The position numbers and the translations under genes are program-made. DNA of 13,155 bases, taken from Fusobacteriota bacterium (GTDB lineage Bacteria > Fusobacteriota > Fusobacteriia > Fusobacteriales > JBNJFI01). Below the pieces are notes generated by a model. It was not told where the DNA came from. It made no database searches and saw nothing but the letters and a program-made list of their open reading frames with translations. Each line of letters opens with the position of its first letter. Within the stretch, counting starts at the first letter, position 1. The stretch lies in assembly GCA_051746725.1 (NCBI GenBank), contig JBNJFI010000060.1, forward strand, positions 1 to 13,155, given 5' to 3'. Of the stretch, positions 9,336-13,155 are shown in pieces.

Positions 9336-10538
9336 TTATTTATTAGCAAGGTATATCTCCTCTCTAGCCTCTTCTCTTAGCATCAGAAAAACAATTACAG
9401 CTGTTACAGATAAAAGAACTATGAGTAATTCAATTGCATCAAATTTAACATCTAATATACCTAATGTCAAAAAAGTTATTCCACCTATTAGTTTTGCAAA
9501 AAAGATTATATAATAATCCTTTTTTTCTTCTTCGTAGCAGTCATTTCTCTCTAAGCATATTTCAAATAGAGCAAATACTATCATCACTATTCCAAATGAT
9601 ACTAAATATATCTTGCCACCTGAAATTTTATGGTAGTGTTCTATAAGGTATAACATACTCACTCCTACCATAATCATACTTGTATACATTATAAAGTGTA
9701 AATAGGTCCAAACCTGTCTCCACCAAGGTGCTCTTCTTAGCTCTCTCTTTTCAACTGTTCTAAAGTGGATATACCATAAAGAAAAAACTAAAATAAATTG
9801 AATAAACCCTGCCATCATTAATTCTGGAGTCAATTTACTATGAGAAAGTCCTGAGACTATTCCTATTATTCCTTCTCCCAATACGATAATTGTTAATAAT
9901 CCAAACCTTTCCATCATCTTTAACTTTTTATTAGAACCTTTAAATCCCTTATCTGCCATTCGATAGGTATAAACTAGAGGGACTAAAAAATCTATAAAAA
10001 GAGCTACTCCCCAAAAGATAACCCTATAATTTACACTAAATAGCAGAGATGTTGAAAATAAAATAGTGGATATGCCATAAAAAATTACAACAACTGGTAA
10101 TCCCCTTCTAGCTTTCTCAATATGACGATTATGCTTCCATAAATCATAAAACAAAAGTACTATTAATCCATGGTGTATTATATAACCAATAGCAAATCCG
10201 AAACTTCCATCTGTTAAAGCATTTTCAATAAATAGAGTCATAACTCCCACGCTTATCATCTTTACAAAGGTGGCAGTAATTAGCCTCAGGCCCGTAACCT
10301 TTGCTAAATCAAAGTAATACACACTGGATATCCATGTAAACCATACTGCCAAAAACAAAAAAGTATATTCCAAAGCAGTATCCCATCCTGGATGCGCTAA
10401 TAATTTATGGGACAGTTTGGATATCAATACTACAAAAACCAGATCATAAAAAAGTTCTATCCAGTTTACACTTCTCTCTTCTTTCATATCATTTAACTCT
10501 GGTTTTTTCCATAGAGCTCTACAATATTTTCTTATCAA
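9336..10538 (-). CDS. Low temperature requirement protein A (LtrA) family polytopic membrane protein
   Basis: 400 aa with many hydrophobic segments and the family motifs WIELFYDLVFV and ERFGLLTIIVLGEGI. TTG start with SD GAGGTG at 10551-10546. Confidence 0.9.
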   Translation of the reverse strand: MIRKYCRALWKKPELNDMKEERSVNWIELFYDLVFVVLISKLSHKLLAHPGWDTALEYTFLFLAVWFTWISSVYYFDLAKVTGLRLITATFVKMISVGVMTLFIENALTDGSFGFAIGYIIHHGLIVLLFYDLWKHNRHIEKARRGLPVVVIFYGISTILFSTSLLFSVNYRVIFWGVALFIDFLVPLVYTYRMADKGFKGSNKKLKMMERFGLLTIIVLGEGIIGIVSGLSHSKLTPELMMAGFIQFILVFSLWYIHFRTVEKRELRRAPWWRQVWTYLHFIMYTSMIMVGVSMLYLIEHYHKISGGKIYLVSFGIVMIVFALFEICLERNDCYEEEKKDYYIIFFAKLIGGITFLTLGILDVKFDAIELLIVLLSVTAVIVFLMLREEAREEIYLANK

Positions 10539-10578
10539 TCTTCTTCACCTCTTTCTGTCCTTTATTCAATACATGTAT

Positions 10579-11733
10579 CTATTCTTCTATTTTAAACCTC
10601 AAAATCTTATCATCATTATCTCTTGGTCTACCTCTTCCGTCGCGATTATTTGTCAAAAAGTATAAGTAGTTATCGGGTCCAACAACAGCCTTTCTAATAC
10701 GACCATAGGTTGAAAAACCACTACCATTATTAAATAGATGATCAATACTTTTTATATTATATTCATTATTACTTATATCCATTTTAATTCTCACAAGAGA
10801 ACTGCTTCTTAAAGTTCCTACATACAAATCTCCTTTATAAAAAGTCATTCCAGAAGGTGGCACAGTTTCCTCCCACATTATCAACGGATTAGCATATTCT
10901 CCATCTTCAAAATAACCAATTTTATCAGGCCAACCAAAATTACTCCCAGGTTTTACTACTTTAATTCTGTCCTTTGCCATAAGACCTCCTTCTCCTGAGG
11001 GTCCATGATCTGAAATAAATAGATCTCCTGTTTCTGGGTGCCAATCAATACCTTGAGGATTACGATGACCTAGACTATAAACTGGAGAGTTATTAAATGG
11101 ATTGTCATCTGGTATATTTCCTTCAGGAGTCAAACGTAAAATTTTTCCTCCTAAATTATCTAAATCCTGAGAAGTTTTTCGAGTAAAGGTTTCTCCAGTG
11201 GTGATATAAAGCATTCCATCTGGACCAAATGCAATTCGTCCTCCGTTATGATATTTTCCCCCTGGAATCTGATCAATAATTATATCTTCATTAACTGCCC
11301 TATTCCCCTGATCTGTAAATCTGGAAACTCTATTAAAAACCTCACCATGGCTATCTGTATAAGTATACATAAGATAAATATAAGGAATTTCTGGAAAATC
11401 AGGATGATAAGTTATTCCCATTAATCCTCCTTCTCCTCGGGAATTAAGATCTATTTCTATATATATTTCATTTTGAATATTCCCATCTATAATCTGTAAT
11501 ACCTTTCCATCCCTTTCGGTAACTAAAGCTCGATTGGTTTCTGGAAGAAAAACAAGTTCCCAAGGCACATTTAAATTTTGTTGCCAGATTTCAACCTCGA
11601 TATTTTCTGGTTTTAAGATAAATTCATCTTCTACATTTTGTGGAAACTCCCCGACTCTAATTTGTCCTTGAATGGAAACAGTTAATAAAATTAAAAATAA
11701 AAGACTAAATTTTAAAGCATTTAATCTTTCCAT
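10579..11733 (-). CDS. PQQ-dependent sugar dehydrogenase (glucose/sorbosone dehydrogenase beta-propeller family), exported
   Basis: N-terminal signal peptide. Motifs PWELVFLP, LVTERDG, GEGGLMGITYHPDF, HNGGRIAFGPDGMLYITTGE, GKILRL, GHRNPQG, NFGWP, GRIR, DGRG...DDKILR. SD AAAGGAGG upstream. Confidence 0.93.
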   Translation of the reverse strand: MERLNALKFSLLFLILLTVSIQGQIRVGEFPQNVEDEFILKPENIEVEIWQQNLNVPWELVFLPETNRALVTERDGKVLQIIDGNIQNEIYIEIDLNSRGEGGLMGITYHPDFPEIPYIYLMYTYTDSHGEVFNRVSRFTDQGNRAVNEDIIIDQIPGGKYHNGGRIAFGPDGMLYITTGETFTRKTSQDLDNLGGKILRLTPEGNIPDDNPFNNSPVYSLGHRNPQGIDWHPETGDLFISDHGPSGEGGLMAKDRIKVVKPGSNFGWPDKIGYFEDGEYANPLIMWEETVPPSGMTFYKGDLYVGTLRSSSLVRIKMDISNNEYNIKSIDHLFNNGSGFSTYGRIRKAVVGPDNYLYFLTNNRDGRGRPRDNDDKILRFKIEE

Positions 11734-11854
11734 AACTTCCTCCTTTAGTTTTATAAACTCTTGCTAGTTACGAAATTATAATCTACTGATTTCATTTGAT
11801 TTATGAGATCTAACAATTATGTTTTTTTTCCATTTTTATATACTGTTTGCACCC

Positions 11855-11877
11855 GGGCAAACGCCGTTTGCCCTTAC
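11855..11877 (-). repeat. REP-like palindrome, copy 1
   Basis: Minus strand reads GTAA-GGGCAAACG-G-CGTTTGCCC: a tetranucleotide followed by a perfect 9-bp inverted repeat, GC-rich in an AT-rich intergenic region. Confidence 0.8.
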
Positions 11878-11914
11878 AGTTAAAACTACCAACATTCTGA
11901 TGCGATTCACAAAC

Positions 11915-11937
11915 GTAAGGGCGAAGGGCCTTCGCCC
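11915..11937 (+). repeat. REP-like palindrome, copy 2 (inverted relative to copy 1)
   Basis: Plus strand reads GTAA-GGGCGAAGG-G-CCTTCGCCC, with the same length and architecture as copy 1, 37 bp away. Confidence 0.8.
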
Positions 11938-12015
11938 GCGTCATACAAATTAAATCAGATTAAAATCTTTAATAACTTTGTGGATAAACTCATATTTTCT
12001 TTACTTAATTTTTAT

Positions 12016-13155
12016 CTAAACCCTAGCCAAAGCAAATGGCGGATATACCTCTGGGTCTATCACCGCATCTATAATCACAGCCTTTTTTGAATCCAAAGCT
12101 TTTTTGAAAGCCACCCTAAACTCTTCTATTGTCTCTACTCTATACCCTTGTGCACCGCACGCCAAGGAATACTGTTCATAATCCGGGTTATCAAACTTCA
12201 TATATGCATAATCATTATACATATTAAGTAAAAATTTCTTAATTACATTAAATTCACCGTTATTAAATATTATCCAAATTACAGGTATATTGTTTTTAAC
12301 AGCTGTCAGAAGTTCAAATCCTCCCATTAAATAGGCCCCATCTCCAACACCTGCTACAACTGTTTTATCTGGGTTAGCGCATTTTACCCCCATGGAACCA
12401 TTTGTATGACTTGCCATTGGACCAAAGCTTCCTGGGTTTTGATATCTTTGATTTTTATCCAAATTCATATAACAGTTTAGCCATAGCATATGAGCACCTG
12501 CATCTCCTAAGACAATTGAATTTTCAGGCAGCATATCAGATAAGACCTTTGATAACTCTCCTGGATTTATCTTATCACTTCTATTTATAATTTTCTTATC
12601 GTACCATTTATCTCTTTTAATATTTTCCTTAATCTCTTTTAATGTATTCTCTTTAACCTTTTTTGATAAACCATCTTTTATTGCCTTTATGGCTAATTTT
12701 GCATCACTTACCATGGAATAATCTGCATTATACACTTTGTTTATCTCGTTTTTATCAATATTAATATGCATTAATGTTTTCCCTTTATATAAATCCTCTT
12801 TAAAATTAAAAGTCGCATTTTGTGCAAATGAATTTCCAACTGCTAAAATAGTATCTGCGTTTTCAAAAAAGTTATTGGCACCTGGATCTCCAGATGTCCC
12901 ATAAACTCCTAAGGATAAATCATGATCTTCTGGTAATATTCCCTTCCCATCCATAGTTGTCATAAATGGTATCTGAAACTTTTCTACGAAATCCATTAGT
13001 TCTTCCCTTGCATGACTTCTAACAGATCCATAACCTATTAAAATCCCTACCTTTTTTGACAAATTAATATCTCTACTCAATTTATCACAAAAAGCCTCTA
13101 CAGTTTCTGGTTTGGGTTTATACTCCTTTATTTTTAAAGATATTTCTCTATAATT
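12016..13155 (-). CDS. Thiamine diphosphate-dependent enzyme, acetolactate synthase large subunit-like (5' truncated by the window)
   Basis: The frame stays open from 13080 to the window end (NYREISLKIKEYKPKPETVEAFCDKL...), so the true start lies outside. Central domain motifs GYG, GKGILPEDH..SLG, AVGNSF, HINIDKNEINK. ThDP/Mg motif GDGAYLMGGFELLTAVKNNIPVIWIIFNN. Confidence 0.9.
   Translation of the reverse strand, partial: NYREISLKIKEYKPKPETVEAFCDKLSRDINLSKKVGILIGYGSVRSHAREELMDFVEKFQIPFMTTMDGKGILPEDHDLSLGVYGTSGDPGANNFFENADTILAVGNSFAQNATFNFKEDLYKGKTLMHINIDKNEINKVYNADYSMVSDAKLAIKAIKDGLSKKVKENTLKEIKENIKRDKWYDKKIINRSDKINPGELSKVLSDMLPENSIVLGDAGAHMLWLNCYMNLDKNQRYQNPGSFGPMASHTNGSMGVKCANPDKTVVAGVGDGAYLMGGFELLTAVKNNIPVIWIIFNNGEFNVIKKFLLNMYNDYAYMKFDNPDYEQYSLACGAQGYRVETIEEFRVAFKKALDSKKAVIIDAVIDPEVYPPFALARV

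Noticed and set aside
8371..9646. Plus-strand ORFs 8371-8595, 8867-9064, 9244-9513 and 9464-9646
   Set aside because: They overlap the nitroreductase, rhodanese and LtrA genes on the opposite strand and show no domain signal.
11855..11937. Mini CRISPR array (two palindromic repeats with a 37-bp spacer)
   Set aside because: The units are inverted, not direct, there are only two non-identical copies, and no cas genes are present.
12402..12590. Plus-strand 62-aa ORF
   Set aside because: Antisense shadow of the ThDP enzyme.
13078..13080. TTG at 13080 as the start of the ThDP enzyme
   Set aside because: The frame is open to the window edge, there is no SD at a suitable distance, and the N-terminal pyrimidine-binding domain would be missing.

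Overview
AT-rich bacterial chromosomal window. Every credible gene is on the minus strand, so transcription runs right to left. In that order: a ThDP-dependent acetolactate-synthase-like enzyme (5' end outside the window), a 282-bp spacer holding an inverted pair of GC-rich REP-like palindromes, then a tightly spaced PQQ-type sugar dehydrogenase / LtrA membrane protein / rhodanese lipoprotein cluster, followed by a nitroreductase. A sensory block follows: a soluble PocR-sensor hybrid histidine kinase, a heavily decayed ~750-bp pseudogene (probably a periplasmic-binding-protein-like gene, seen in the ORF track only as two fragments), a Cache-type methyl-accepting chemotaxis protein, cheW and cheA. 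cheA is missing from the ORF track because it runs off the left edge. No rRNA, tRNA, CRISPR array or intact transposase was recognised. The best-supported unannotated signals are the REP-like doublet with compensatory base changes and the reconstructable pseudogene. I see no strong evidence for a wholly new system; the functional links proposed between clusters are inference.
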